Shown piece after piece: positions 44,075 through 53,046 of a stretch of 64,000 nt of DNA (position 1 is the first letter of the stretch; each line of letters opens with the position of its first letter). Under the pieces are notes generated by a model. That model saw only the letters and a program-made list of their open reading frames with translations. It was not told where the DNA came from and searched no databases. Source of the DNA: a virus; IMG/VR virus record IMGVR_UViG_3300027413_000002; one strand, 5' to 3'. The translations under genes were made by a program, and so were the position numbers.

Positions 44075-46512
44075 TTTCCTGCCTTTTTAATCTTGAATTT
44101 CTTTGCCTTATATTTAGAAGCATTGCCACCCTTCTTGATAGAAAACTTCTTAGCTTTCTGTGATGCCATACCACCGCGCTTGTTCTTTAGGCGACTCATC
44201 TCTGCTTTACGGATAGTCGGAACAAGTCTCACTGCGATACGAGCAATAAGAGGTTGGAACCTAGTGATCATCTTCTCTAGACGAGCCTTCTCGGATGGTG
44301 GAAGTGCACCCTTATCGCGACCACGGAGCAAACGCTTATACATCATATTCCTTGCGCCACGAGTAGCACGCATCTTAACACGGGCATTACCACCTGCACG
44401 CTTCGATGCACGGATACGAGCGAGTTTCAATTTTGTTTTGTTGCGTCTTGCAGCCTGTCTACGTTTGATGCGACCCATCGGTGTAAGTGCTTCGGTGACT
44501 TGAATATCGTCTGCATAATCTTCGTCTTCGATTTCTACCTCAACGACCTCGTCTGCGTCTAGGATTCCTAGATCTAACATATCGTCTACGCTGAGATTAT
44601 CAGCCTGAAGCATCATATCTCGGATATCTTTTTCGTCTAGAACTGTGTCGATTGGTTCAGCGATAACAGGTTTGCCGTTATCTTCTAGGTCTTCAAGCAA
44701 ACCAGCATACAAACGATTGACGTGTTCAATTGCCTCGGCAACACTTTCTCGAACGATATATCCATCGCCTCGGTCTTTATACCCCTCGGGAATGGGCATA
44801 CACGCTTTACGTTGTCTGCAGTAATACTTACCCTCACCACACATTTTGCCATCTTCTTCGTTCACTACCTTGTAATGTCTCTTTGAAGATGTCTTATTTT
44901 TCTTCGTGGTTTTTCCTGGTTCTCCTGGAGTCATAGCTTTCATATATGCAGTTGCTTCAGGAGTTCCTCGTTCGTATTTGGCTTCTTCACCCAAAAGGTC
45001 TTTCACCTGTTGACCAAGAATCCTAGAATTCAGTTTCTCGCCACCGCGCATCATGCGCAAAATTTCTCCAGAATGGTAAAAGATGTCGTGTCTCGCTCTG
45101 CCGCCACGACTCTTTTTGTCTTTTTTGTAATCAGCAAGAACTGATTTCGCCAGTTTTGCATACTTGTCTTTGTAGATCGTCTTAGACTTGACGATATCTG
45201 ACATTGAAATTTCTTCAAGTTCTTCTTGCTCGTCAATCTTAATCTTATCGAATACTTTGGTGTCTTTCACACGCTGTTTGGAAACACGCTTCTTCACGTT
45301 GCGGAGTTTACCAATCTGCGGTAGAGCCATTGGGTCTTTCTTGGTCTTTGGATCGACCAATACATCTTCAGATCCCTCGGGAACACAATTAGGAACGACC
45401 TTGTCTTTCTTCTTCTTCATTCCCTTTTGCTTATACCCATCCCAGCATGCCTCATCGACTTCTGGTTTGTCGTGAGTATAACCCAACTTCTTCATACGCT
45501 CGTGGTCGGCAGGTTTGTATGCCTTGTAACCTTTGCCAGTCTTTGGGTCGTACATCATATGCGGCTCAAAACCTTCTTGCTCCAACATCCTGTCTACATA
45601 CTTGGTGTACTTAGATGGTTTGGTCTTTGCAGTCTTATCACCTGCCGCTGGTTTGTATGCCTTTGGATCGCTGTCCGACATTTTTGATTGGCGTTTGAAT
45701 TGTGCATCGCGTTTCTGTTTGGTAGACTTATTTAGACCAGCATGATACTTAGCAGGTTGGCTACCTTTTCTTTTCGCGATATCTTTGTCCTGTGGGACTT
45801 CTGTTTTCTCATCCATAGCATCCAACTCTAATTTTTCGTTCATCTTTTTTCTAGCTGCATGCTGATCATCGATCCATTTCTTGGCGATATGGGATCTAAC
45901 AGGGGCATCAATAAACCGCTTCACATCTCTGAATGCCTGAAGCATACGTTTGTCTGTATCCACCGCGTCGCTGTTATCAACAATAATCATATTGTGTTTA
46001 AAGATCTGTTGGAATGCACCTATGTTATTCTGGACACCCTTCCACATCTGAGATACATGCTGATCAGGTAGCTGACGAGGACGCGATCGGTTTCTTTGCA
46101 ATGCTGTCTGCTCATCGGTGTTTACAAAAACGATAGCAGTTTCATACCCCAGACTTTTCAGCTTGGCGTTCTGTGTTTTAATCTTTGCAAGGTTTTTACC
46201 AGTGCCATCTATAACTAAACCCAACCGCCCTCGCACAGCAAGAACCTGTTGCGTTGTCGTCATGGCTTTTGCAGTGGCACGGATTCCCTGCCCACGAGGT
46301 GAATAGATATTGTCTGGTGTTGGCAGCATACCCTGTTTATCAAGAAGACGCTCAAAATTATCGTCGGAATTTATCAGCTTCAAACCTTGTGATTGTAATG
46401 CTGTATTACCGACAACAAATGATTTGCCAGATCCTGGACCACCTGCAAGGAATACTGCCTTGAAAATGGCTGGGTCGTTTACGCCTTCTGAGATGTATTC
46501 TTTAAAGTCCAT
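44071..46512 (-). CDS. P-loop kinase (zeta-toxin/AAA_33-like) fused to multiple small basic modules
   Basis: FLAGGPGSGKS, NSD, IDGTG, RN..R.R lid; then ACWDGY..VPNCV and CGEGKYYC modules; late promoter 46518-46525. Confidence 0.7.
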   Translation of the reverse strand: MDFKEYISEGVNDPAIFKAVFLAGGPGSGKSFVVGNTALQSQGLKLINSDDNFERLLDKQGMLPTPDNIYSPRGQGIRATAKAMTTTQQVLAVRGRLGLVIDGTGKNLAKIKTQNAKLKSLGYETAIVFVNTDEQTALQRNRSRPRQLPDQHVSQMWKGVQNNIGAFQQIFKHNMIIVDNSDAVDTDKRMLQAFRDVKRFIDAPVRSHIAKKWIDDQHAARKKMNEKLELDAMDEKTEVPQDKDIAKRKGSQPAKYHAGLNKSTKQKRDAQFKRQSKMSDSDPKAYKPAAGDKTAKTKPSKYTKYVDRMLEQEGFEPHMMYDPKTGKGYKAYKPADHERMKKLGYTHDKPEVDEACWDGYKQKGMKKKKDKVVPNCVPEGSEDVLVDPKTKKDPMALPQIGKLRNVKKRVSKQRVKDTKVFDKIKIDEQEELEEISMSDIVKSKTIYKDKYAKLAKSVLADYKKDKKSRGGRARHDIFYHSGEILRMMRGGEKLNSRILGQQVKDLLGEEAKYERGTPEATAYMKAMTPGEPGKTTKKNKTSSKRHYKVVNEEDGKMCGEGKYYCRQRKACMPIPEGYKDRGDGYIVRESVAEAIEHVNRLYAGLLEDLEDNGKPVIAEPIDTVLDEKDIRDMMLQADNLSVDDMLDLGILDADEVVEVEIEDEDYADDIQVTEALTPMGRIKRRQAARRNKTKLKLARIRASKRAGGNARVKMRATRGARNMMYKRLLRGRDKGALPPSEKARLEKMITRFQPLIARIAVRLVPTIRKAEMSRLKNKRGGMASQKAKKFSIKKGGNASKYKAKKFKIKKAGK

Positions 46513-46526
46513 AGTCCTATTTATAC

Positions 46527-46988
46527 TTATTCTGGAAGTCCAACACTGTATTGTACCTTACCATCAACACGTTGAGCAGTAAGACATGCCTTACGATTAT
46601 CTTCGTTCTTATATGATACGTGAACCCAACCAGAAGATGGATCTCCATCTTCATAAAACTCAGAGATCAACTGATCAAACTCTAGATTATCTCTAATCCA
46701 TTGAGCGACTTCGAGGTTGTCTGCTTTATCACATTCAATGTCAACTGCCTCGCCTTTACAATGCTGTGAGCGAGTAGATCCACCGACTGCTTCGTTGAGT
46801 TCTGGACCACGATATCCAGAATTGATACGAGTAATTCCAAAGTGTTCTCTGACTGGTTGAACAACATTCTCGAATAACGCTTTCGCTGCTTCGAGGTGTT
46901 CACCTTCAGGAGTGTTATCAATACCCAAACGAGTTGCAGTCATCGACTTTGTAAACTCTTTGAGTGTAAAATTATTACTTAACTTCAT
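46527..46988 (-). CDS. peptidase M15A family endolysin
   Basis: LS.NF.L.EF, SGYR..ELN..VGG...SQH..GEA.D, WVHVS. Confidence 0.85.
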   Translation of the reverse strand: MKLSNNFTLKEFTKSMTATRLGIDNTPEGEHLEAAKALFENVVQPVREHFGITRINSGYRGPELNEAVGGSTRSQHCKGEAVDIECDKADNLEVAQWIRDNLEFDQLISEFYEDGDPSSGWVHVSYKNEDNRKACLTAQRVDGKVQYSVGLPE

Positions 46989-46990
46989 TA

Positions 46991-47587
46991 TTAATCCTTC
47001 AAGAATTGTGAAAATGATACATATGTTTCGTTCAATTTCATGCCATCACGCACATCATTGAATAGTTGTTTTGCTCCACGATAACCAGTAGGCAAGCCAC
47101 GCTTGAACCCATTGAAGTCATCGTTCTTTGCTAGAAGTCTCATCTTACTGGCACTCATACCAGAGACACCATCAGCATCAGGATCTCTCTCGCCAGCGGA
47201 AACAACCTTGACTGTCTTGAATGTAAAGTCCTTGCCATTGTATTTGTCGAGTAATCTCTGGAAGTCAGGCACACGGTCAGAGCCAGCAATCATTATAACG
47301 TGGTCGTACTTCCCAGTCAACAATTTAAGCTGGGAAATGAAGTTAGGATGCATTTTATCTGATAGCTTGAAGTTGGTGTTCGGAAACATACCATTGAGGT
47401 GTTTCAACTTCAGCTTTGGATCTAGAGGATTCTTTTTACTCTCGAAAGAGTGACTGGCAATGATGAGGTGATCAGCGCGATTAGTAGCAGCAATGCGCTT
47501 CACCTTCTGAACCAGTTTACCGTGACCGACGGTCGGAGGATTCATGCGTCCGAATGCGAATACTAATGTCTTGCTCATTTGTCCCAT
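46991..47587 (-). CDS. cytidylyltransferase-like (HxGH) nucleotidyltransferase
   Basis: FGRMNPPTVGH, GSDR, SAGERDPD, SASKMR. Confidence 0.8.
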   Translation of the reverse strand: MGQMSKTLVFAFGRMNPPTVGHGKLVQKVKRIAATNRADHLIIASHSFESKKNPLDPKLKLKHLNGMFPNTNFKLSDKMHPNFISQLKLLTGKYDHVIMIAGSDRVPDFQRLLDKYNGKDFTFKTVKVVSAGERDPDADGVSGMSASKMRLLAKNDDFNGFKRGLPTGYRGAKQLFNDVRDGMKLNETYVSFSQFLKD

Positions 47588-48819
47588 GCCTTTATAGCGG
47601 TGAAGTTATTGTAGCTGAATTCCATTCTGTCAACAAGTTTAACAGCATTACCACCAACACGGTCGATAGCAACATACCCTTCTGGGTTTGTGACCTTGAA
47701 TCCATTAGTTGTTCTGATGAATGTGCCGATACTCTTTACTCTGTCCAGTTTGTTCACAATCATATTCTTTGCAGAGACGATACCAGCCATAAACTCAAAG
47801 ATGTTGCCAAGTAACTCTTGGTATTCATCTGCAAGTTGAGTCGCGGCAGTCTTCTTATCAGTGAGTGCCTGTTGAGATTTCTCAGTCTTTAGTTTGGCGA
47901 TTTCTTTGTCGTACTTTGCAGCAACAAATGCTTTGTAACCTGCAGCATGAGACTTCTTCAAGTCTGCTTGCTCTCTAACCTTTGAGTTGATGTAGGTCTT
48001 CACACTTGCACCCACCATCTTACCAGTAAACCCAGCTTGATAGTTTAGGAATGCATTTAGTTTGTACGCATCAATTTTTCTGAAGGTATTACCCACACCT
48101 GAGAGGACAGCAGTTATTTGTGCGGTCTCTTGTTTAGTGAAGGTTGCTGTTCCCGATTCATCTTGGTATGTAGCATCATCCATCCAAACGGAAGACGACT
48201 TACGAAGATTGCGAATGTTAGCACCAAATGATGCTTTCATTTCGGGGAGGGAGCGTCCAGAATATGTTGTATGCCAAACTACACCGATCTTTGCTTTTTT
48301 AAATTTGGCGTCCAGTGGCGATCCCTGAGGAACTGCATAGACGATCGTATTTGGTTGGAAAGTCGTGTGACGTTGACCATCAATCATATCGGACTCCAAG
48401 TCAGCCGATGTAAACATCAGATCACCTTGGAGGACATTCGTAATACCCAGCTTCGAGAACTCGCGCAGGGCAATACTGAATTTTGGTTTGAGAGACGCAG
48501 GTAGTTTGGGGTCGGAAGAAATATCCGCTTGCGTCTTATAAAGGAGTGGTGTCTTGTTAAAAACAGATTTCTTGGCAATGAAGAACTTACCATCTGAAGG
48601 ATCGATACCTGCAAAAATGGCTGGTGCGCCATCCCACTTGACCGTCATATTGATCGAGGATCGCGAATTACCAGCCAACATATCTCTTAGAGATCTGAGA
48701 AAATTGATAGAGCCACGTGCACCACCAATACCGAAGTTGAGGATCTCGTCCTCAATGTGCTCTAGATGCAGATTTTTACCGTTCGCATCCTCACTCAGAA
48801 ATGTCCTTAGACTTTGCAT
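47575..48819 (-). CDS. conserved T4-like protein usually paired with the cytidylyltransferase
   Basis: HLEH.ED, TVKWDGAPA, QGD.MF, FQPNTI.Y, EGYV, KLVDR.EFS (ligase-like KxDG motif). Confidence 0.7.
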   Translation of the reverse strand: MQSLRTFLSEDANGKNLHLEHIEDEILNFGIGGARGSINFLRSLRDMLAGNSRSSINMTVKWDGAPAIFAGIDPSDGKFFIAKKSVFNKTPLLYKTQADISSDPKLPASLKPKFSIALREFSKLGITNVLQGDLMFTSADLESDMIDGQRHTTFQPNTIVYAVPQGSPLDAKFKKAKIGVVWHTTYSGRSLPEMKASFGANIRNLRKSSSVWMDDATYQDESGTATFTKQETAQITAVLSGVGNTFRKIDAYKLNAFLNYQAGFTGKMVGASVKTYINSKVREQADLKKSHAAGYKAFVAAKYDKEIAKLKTEKSQQALTDKKTAATQLADEYQELLGNIFEFMAGIVSAKNMIVNKLDRVKSIGTFIRTTNGFKVTNPEGYVAIDRVGGNAVKLVDRMEFSYNNFTAIKAWDK

Positions 48820-49057
48820 TTTTTGGCGTTCTCTTCTTTAGCTTATCAAGTTCTTTTGTTTTATGGCTCAATTGTTCTTGGGTTAAAATCAACTGGGTGT
48901 TCAAATGCTCATTAATTTTTAACACTTCATTGTATTTAGTCGCAATGACCTTACCTTGTGCTAATGCCCTGATACGATCTTTCTGAAGAGACGCTAGATA
49001 TTCTCCTAACATCTCATCGTATATCACATTCGTCAATCCTTCAATTTCATCTGCCAT
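48791..49057 (-). CDS. hypothetical coiled-coil protein
   Basis: Late promoter TATAAATA at 49068-49075. Confidence 0.65.
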   Translation of the reverse strand: MADEIEGLTNVIYDEMLGEYLASLQKDRIRALAQGKVIATKYNEVLKINEHLNTQLILTQEQLSHKTKELDKLKKRTPKNAKSKDISE

Positions 49058-49350
49058 GGTGTTATCCTATTTATAATTATTGTTTATCAGCGTTTTGAGC
49101 GAGTTTAGATGCAACCTCGAGCCAATAAGATTTAGCCCATTCAGACGTAGAATTGTTATATGCTGTGATAGCATTATACCACAATTTGGTGTAATCAAAC
49201 ATCTTCGGGTTTCTTTCCTGCTCGTTTCATCGCTTCAACCATCGGAACCTTTGTTGGACTTTGGTTTTGAATCTTGATTGCCTTTTTGCGAAGTTTACGC
49301 AATTCGGTTTGACGTAATTTTTTAGCAATTAAATTGTTCATAATTATCTC

Positions 49351-49854
49351 CTATGAAAATGTTATAGTATGAATATTGAGATGGTCTTGTAAAACGAAGT
49401 CGATCACATCACACATGACAGATAAATCTTTACCAGAGTAACCCGTCATCCTCGTGTTCAGAGTTGCTGGCTTTATATTGGTGATCGGTTTACCGAGGCA
49501 GAAATCGTCTAATGCTTTTTTATCTGCTTCATATTGTATAGTGATAGCATCTTTATCGTATTTAAAATCGGTGACTGCAGAAGATATATTAATAATTTTC
49601 TTATCGTTCGAATGAGTCATCTTCAGCAACTCTAGCTGAGAACCATTACCCATGTTGTGATAATCATAGGCATTATTAATGAACACGTCATATTCAACTG
49701 CCATGATTCGTTCTCTATCTTCTTGTTTAGAAATATCATAACCATTCGACAAAGAGAATCCAGTAACATCGGCACTCCACTTATCTCTGAGATGATCAGC
49801 TAATACCTTACCAACACCGTTTGTGTGCCCTGTGATCGAAACTTTCATGACCAT
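49351..49854 (-). CDS. short-chain dehydrogenase/reductase-like protein
   Basis: ITGHTNGVG, FINNA, INISS, Y...K. Confidence 0.75.
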   Translation of the reverse strand: MVMKVSITGHTNGVGKVLADHLRDKWSADVTGFSLSNGYDISKQEDRERIMAVEYDVFINNAYDYHNMGNGSQLELLKMTHSNDKKIINISSAVTDFKYDKDAITIQYEADKKALDDFCLGKPITNIKPATLNTRMTGYSGKDLSVMCDVIDFVLQDHLNIHTITFS

Positions 49855-49865
49855 ATCCTAGTTAG

Positions 49866-49942
<77 letters not shown>

Positions 49943-49946
49943 ATAA

Positions 49947-50168
49947 TTATTTGAGTTTTTGTTTAGTGCGTTCGATACGCTCAACAATACGCTCATCTTC
50001 CCATGCTAGGAAGTTATGCATTTTACGCAACACCCAAAGTTGAGTTTTGCGAAGAGTCTTACCTCGAGGTGTTGTCCACCCGAGAAGGTATGCAATAATG
50101 ATAGCGTAAAAACTAACCACCACATTCACAAGTTGTGCAATAGGATCATCCATGATATTATACTCCAA
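49947..50168 (-). CDS. small membrane protein
   Basis: N-terminal TM. Confidence 0.6.
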   Translation of the reverse strand: MEYNIMDDPIAQLVNVVVSFYAIIIAYLLGWTTPRGKTLRKTQLWVLRKMHNFLAWEDERIVERIERTKQKLK

Positions 50169-50232
50169 AATATTTCTTCAAAAAAGTACTGATTAACCGT
50201 GGATCAGCGCGAGACTATTTGTAGCGTCCAAC

Positions 50233-50556
50233 CTATTCTTTAGTAGAAATGTCGCCCATCCGACGTTGGACTTTCTGGACAGCATTTCTTACTGTAACGG
50301 ACTTCTTGTCCTTCTTACCGTAATCGCTGGCAAGTTTAGAATTTGGATTGGCATCAGAAATTTTAGAAAGGACTTCTTTGAAGCCATCATTCGGTTTTGT
50401 TCTGTCGCCAAGTCCACCCTTATTTAGAGACGGTGCTTTAATGTATGCACGTTCCAAGTGAGGATTGTCAATTAGAAATTGGTCGTAGTCTGACATAGAT
50501 ACGAACTTCTCTTCGTATTCCCCAGTTTCCGTGTTTTTAAAATCATACAGTGGCAT
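50233..50556 (-). CDS. conserved T4-like hypothetical (FmdB-like N-terminus)
   Basis: MPLYDF...TGE...GFKEVLSKI. Confidence 0.65.
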   Translation of the reverse strand: MPLYDFKNTETGEYEEKFVSMSDYDQFLIDNPHLERAYIKAPSLNKGGLGDRTKPNDGFKEVLSKISDANPNSKLASDYGKKDKKSVTVRNAVQKVQRRMGDISTKE

Positions 50557-50575
50557 TACAAATCCCTAAGTTATT

Positions 50576-50652
50576 TGGTGCATCTGGTAGGACTCGAACC
50601 TACAACTCTCAGCTTAGAAGGCTGATGCTCTATCCAGTTGAACTACAGATGC
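50576..50652 (-). tRNA. tRNA-Arg(UCU)
   Basis: GCATCTG acceptor, TCAGC-CTTCTAA-GCTGA, GTTCGAG T-loop, encoded CCA. Confidence 0.95.
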
Positions 50653-50658
50653 ATTTAT

Positions 50659-50838
50659 TTAGGCAGTATGAGTGCTAACCCATTCACCAGAAGTGTTGAA
50701 GATGGCAATTGCTTTGCCTTTCGCAATGTCAAACTTATTGCGGATGTAGTCGATGTCACCATCGGAGGGGAAGTTTGTCAAATCACGCGACAATTTTACC
50801 ACAAAGATCTCGTCCAGATCTTTTTCACTTTTAGCCAT
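50659..50838 (-). CDS. small hypothetical protein (59 aa, MAKSEKD...)
   Basis: GAGG RBS, TAATG coupling; below ORF-track cutoff. Confidence 0.6.
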   Translation of the reverse strand: MAKSEKDLDEIFVVKLSRDLTNFPSDGDIDYIRNKFDIAKGKAIAIFNTSGEWVSTHTA

Positions 50839-51107
50839 TATAATTCCTCATCAAAAAGGCGTTGCTCATTTAGTTCGTCAGTCATCAGCACCAACTCAGA
50901 GTCAGTGAAATGATCGATCGAACCGTTGTGTCGGACGCCATAGCATCCTACCCATGCTTCAGCAAAGGCAATCTCAATATTATGGCGAGCAAACTGGTCG
51001 ATAGTTTCGACACCTTTGTGTCGCCAATAAGTAGCAGTGGTTTGAAGTTTGAAAACTCGGTCTTCGTTCAACTCATCAATATATTCAAGTAATGCATCCA
51101 TAATCAA
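50838..51107 (-). CDS. hypothetical protein
   Basis: After promoter TTGACT-N17-CATAAT (51129-51157) and GAGAGAGA RBS. Confidence 0.7.
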   Translation of the reverse strand: MIMDALLEYIDELNEDRVFKLQTTATYWRHKGVETIDQFARHNIEIAFAEAWVGCYGVRHNGSIDHFTDSELVLMTDELNEQRLFDEEL

Positions 51108-51183
51108 TCTCTCTCTAATTTATACCCCATTATGGAGCATTCAGAGAGAAAAGTCAAGCACTTTTTTGAAAAAAGTTGTGCGG

Positions 51184-51492
51184 TTACTTCTTGCCGCCAG
51201 TATTCTGAAATCCGAAGAATGCCGATACGATAGCGGCAACCGAGAGGAAGTAGATTGATGCGATATCTCCGATGAGTTCTGCTGCCTTGTCCAGACCGAA
51301 CATGACAGTGATGAAGATACCGCTTGGATAGAACAACATACCGACTAGAGAGAACCAAGCCATTTTGCGTTGCGCGTCTCTCATTGCATCAGCATCTTCA
51401 AGTTCCTTGCGTTTAAACTCGAGATACATTTTTTGTTCTTCGTCGGAGACTTTACCGTCTCCATTGGAATCTGCGGGGTGATGATCAGCCAT
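51184..51492 (-). CDS. two-TM membrane protein with EF-hand-like N-terminus, putative holin
   Basis: DSNGDGKVSDEE, two TMs ending AFFG, basic C-terminus; in lysis neighbourhood. Confidence 0.5.
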   Translation of the reverse strand: MADHHPADSNGDGKVSDEEQKMYLEFKRKELEDADAMRDAQRKMAWFSLVGMLFYPSGIFITVMFGLDKAAELIGDIASIYFLSVAAIVSAFFGFQNTGGKK

Positions 51493-51495
51493 TAT

Positions 51496-51525
51496 TCTCT
51501 CCTATTAATATATTTATAGGAGAGA
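51496..51525 (-). promoter_or_regulatory. RBS-sequestering hairpin containing late promoter
   Basis: 10-bp perfect inverted repeat TCTCTCCTAT/ATAGGAGAGA; TATAAATA at 51511-51518 within it. Confidence 0.75.
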
Positions 51526-51530
51526 GGTTT

Positions 51531-52115
51531 TTAGATAGCTTTACAGTCTCGGTCGCGGTGACCATTCCACGCCACAAACCCACCAATTCTCAATGCCCAG
51601 TATGCCAGTTTGTTTAGGAAGTGAAATCCATTCTGCTCGATGCCAATATCACGGAACAATGCATCAGCTTCTTTCTGAGTCATTGGTTCAGAAGTTGCCT
51701 TCTTACCCTTCTTCAGAAGCACGGTGTACTTGTAAGCATAATCGTGAACCAGACCACCTACAAGAAGCACACCAGTCGGTGACAGCCACGAGGCGAGGAA
51801 TTTAGGAACAGAAGCACCATCAAAGACAAACCCTTTAGGGATGACATAGTTCTCGCCATTCAATGAGTAGTTCCAGTCTTTAGAGATTTCCCAAGTGCGG
51901 ACACCGAGTAGCCACATTTTAATCGCTCCCCAGAATCCTTTACCAGCGGTTGGGATGGTGATAGGTTTCATATGCGGCATCTCACCGAACTTCAGACCAA
52001 CGAGGGGTTCATCCTGATCAACACCAAATAGATTGATTATGAAGCCGACGATAACAAGTACGCCAAATACAGTAAACTGCCAAAAATTAATTAGTTGATC
52101 GATAATGAATTCCAT
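51531..52115 (-). CDS. DUF1353-like protein with N-terminal TM
   Basis: IPKGFVFDGASVP, VHDYAY, AD.LF. Confidence 0.75.
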   Translation of the reverse strand: MEFIIDQLINFWQFTVFGVLVIVGFIINLFGVDQDEPLVGLKFGEMPHMKPITIPTAGKGFWGAIKMWLLGVRTWEISKDWNYSLNGENYVIPKGFVFDGASVPKFLASWLSPTGVLLVGGLVHDYAYKYTVLLKKGKKATSEPMTQKEADALFRDIGIEQNGFHFLNKLAYWALRIGGFVAWNGHRDRDCKAI

Positions 52116-52525
52116 TATTTTTCCTCTGTTTCTTCTGTTTCTTCTGGTTCAGGTTCTGTACCAGAGATTGAATTTTCATAGTAGATGATTATTTGTTTCT
52201 GTTGTTGGAGATATCTACCAACCTCAGCAACATTTAGTGCCAGCGTCTCATAAGAGCGAACAGCCATTGCGTAGAATACCCACGGATCGCCATTCTCTTT
52301 CTTATACTTCTCGATAAACTCATCCCAGTTATCAGCCGTGACAACATAGAAGTTTGCATCACCCAGCGTTACAGGTTTCGGGTTACTTTGCAGAGGAATT
52401 TTTCTTTCGACTTCGACACTTTGCACGACCACTTGTTTTTCTGGTGATCGAAACATAGAACAACCACTAATCGTTATTGATAGCAGTAAGACGCTCGATA
52501 TCATCAAAAACTTTTTTCGTTGCAT
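52115..52525 (-). CDS. outer-membrane lipoprotein, o-spanin (Rz1-like)
   Basis: Lipobox ISGC, Pro-rich segment, overlaps i-spanin 3' end. Confidence 0.7.
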   Translation of the reverse strand: MQRKKFLMISSVLLLSITISGCSMFRSPEKQVVVQSVEVERKIPLQSNPKPVTLGDANFYVVTADNWDEFIEKYKKENGDPWVFYAMAVRSYETLALNVAEVGRYLQQQKQIIIYYENSISGTEPEPEETEETEEK

Positions 52526-52853
52526 TGTTCACCCTCCTTTCAATTAATCCAGGTTTTGCAAGAGACAATCTAGACAAGTCGTGCTTCTGAAACTTCGACA
52601 ACAGCTGGTCTTTATATTCTTCTGCTTTCTGCAGGTTGGTTTGGAGAGCGAGGTTTTGTTGTTCCATCTGAGATGCAAATGCAGCAGACTTTTGCAGTGC
52701 TTCCATATTTGCCTTTGCTACTGTTTCCAGCTTGGCATTATTATCGCGCAATGTGGCAATGCGGCTTTGCATGTCTTTGTACTCGAAATAAGCACCAAAC
52801 AAAACCGCACCGACAATGCCGAATACTGCTAAAAAAGCGTAAACCTTAAACAT
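52467..52853 (-). CDS. inner-membrane spanin (Rz-like)
   Basis: N-terminal TM, long coiled coil, KPGLIE.RVN. Confidence 0.7.
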   Translation of the reverse strand: MFKVYAFLAVFGIVGAVLFGAYFEYKDMQSRIATLRDNNAKLETVAKANMEALQKSAAFASQMEQQNLALQTNLQKAEEYKDQLLSKFQKHDLSRLSLAKPGLIERRVNNATKKVFDDIERLTAINND

Positions 52854-53020
52854 TATTCATCCGTGTAGATTGTCCACGCTCCATAAAAAATGGCAAACAT
52901 GGCAATCAAACTAGCTAATGGTTTAAACATTAAGAATGCAAGACCTGCGACAATCAATACGACACCATCGTGACCTTTACGCTCCGAGAGTTTCATCTTA
53001 ATTAAATCAAACATATTCAT
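52853..53020 (-). CDS. small two-TM protein (55 aa, MNMFDL...), holin candidate
   Basis: Late promoter 53044-53051, AGGAG RBS, first gene before spanins. Confidence 0.5.
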   Translation of the reverse strand: MNMFDLIKMKLSERKGHDGVVLIVAGLAFLMFKPLASLIAMFAIFYGAWTIYTDE

Positions 53021-53046
53021 ATGATTCTCCTGTTATAGTTCTCTAT

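Noticed and set aside
44071-46512. Epsilon/zeta toxin-antitoxin module
   Set aside because: No antitoxin gene; kinase is fused to virion-type modules under a late promoter.
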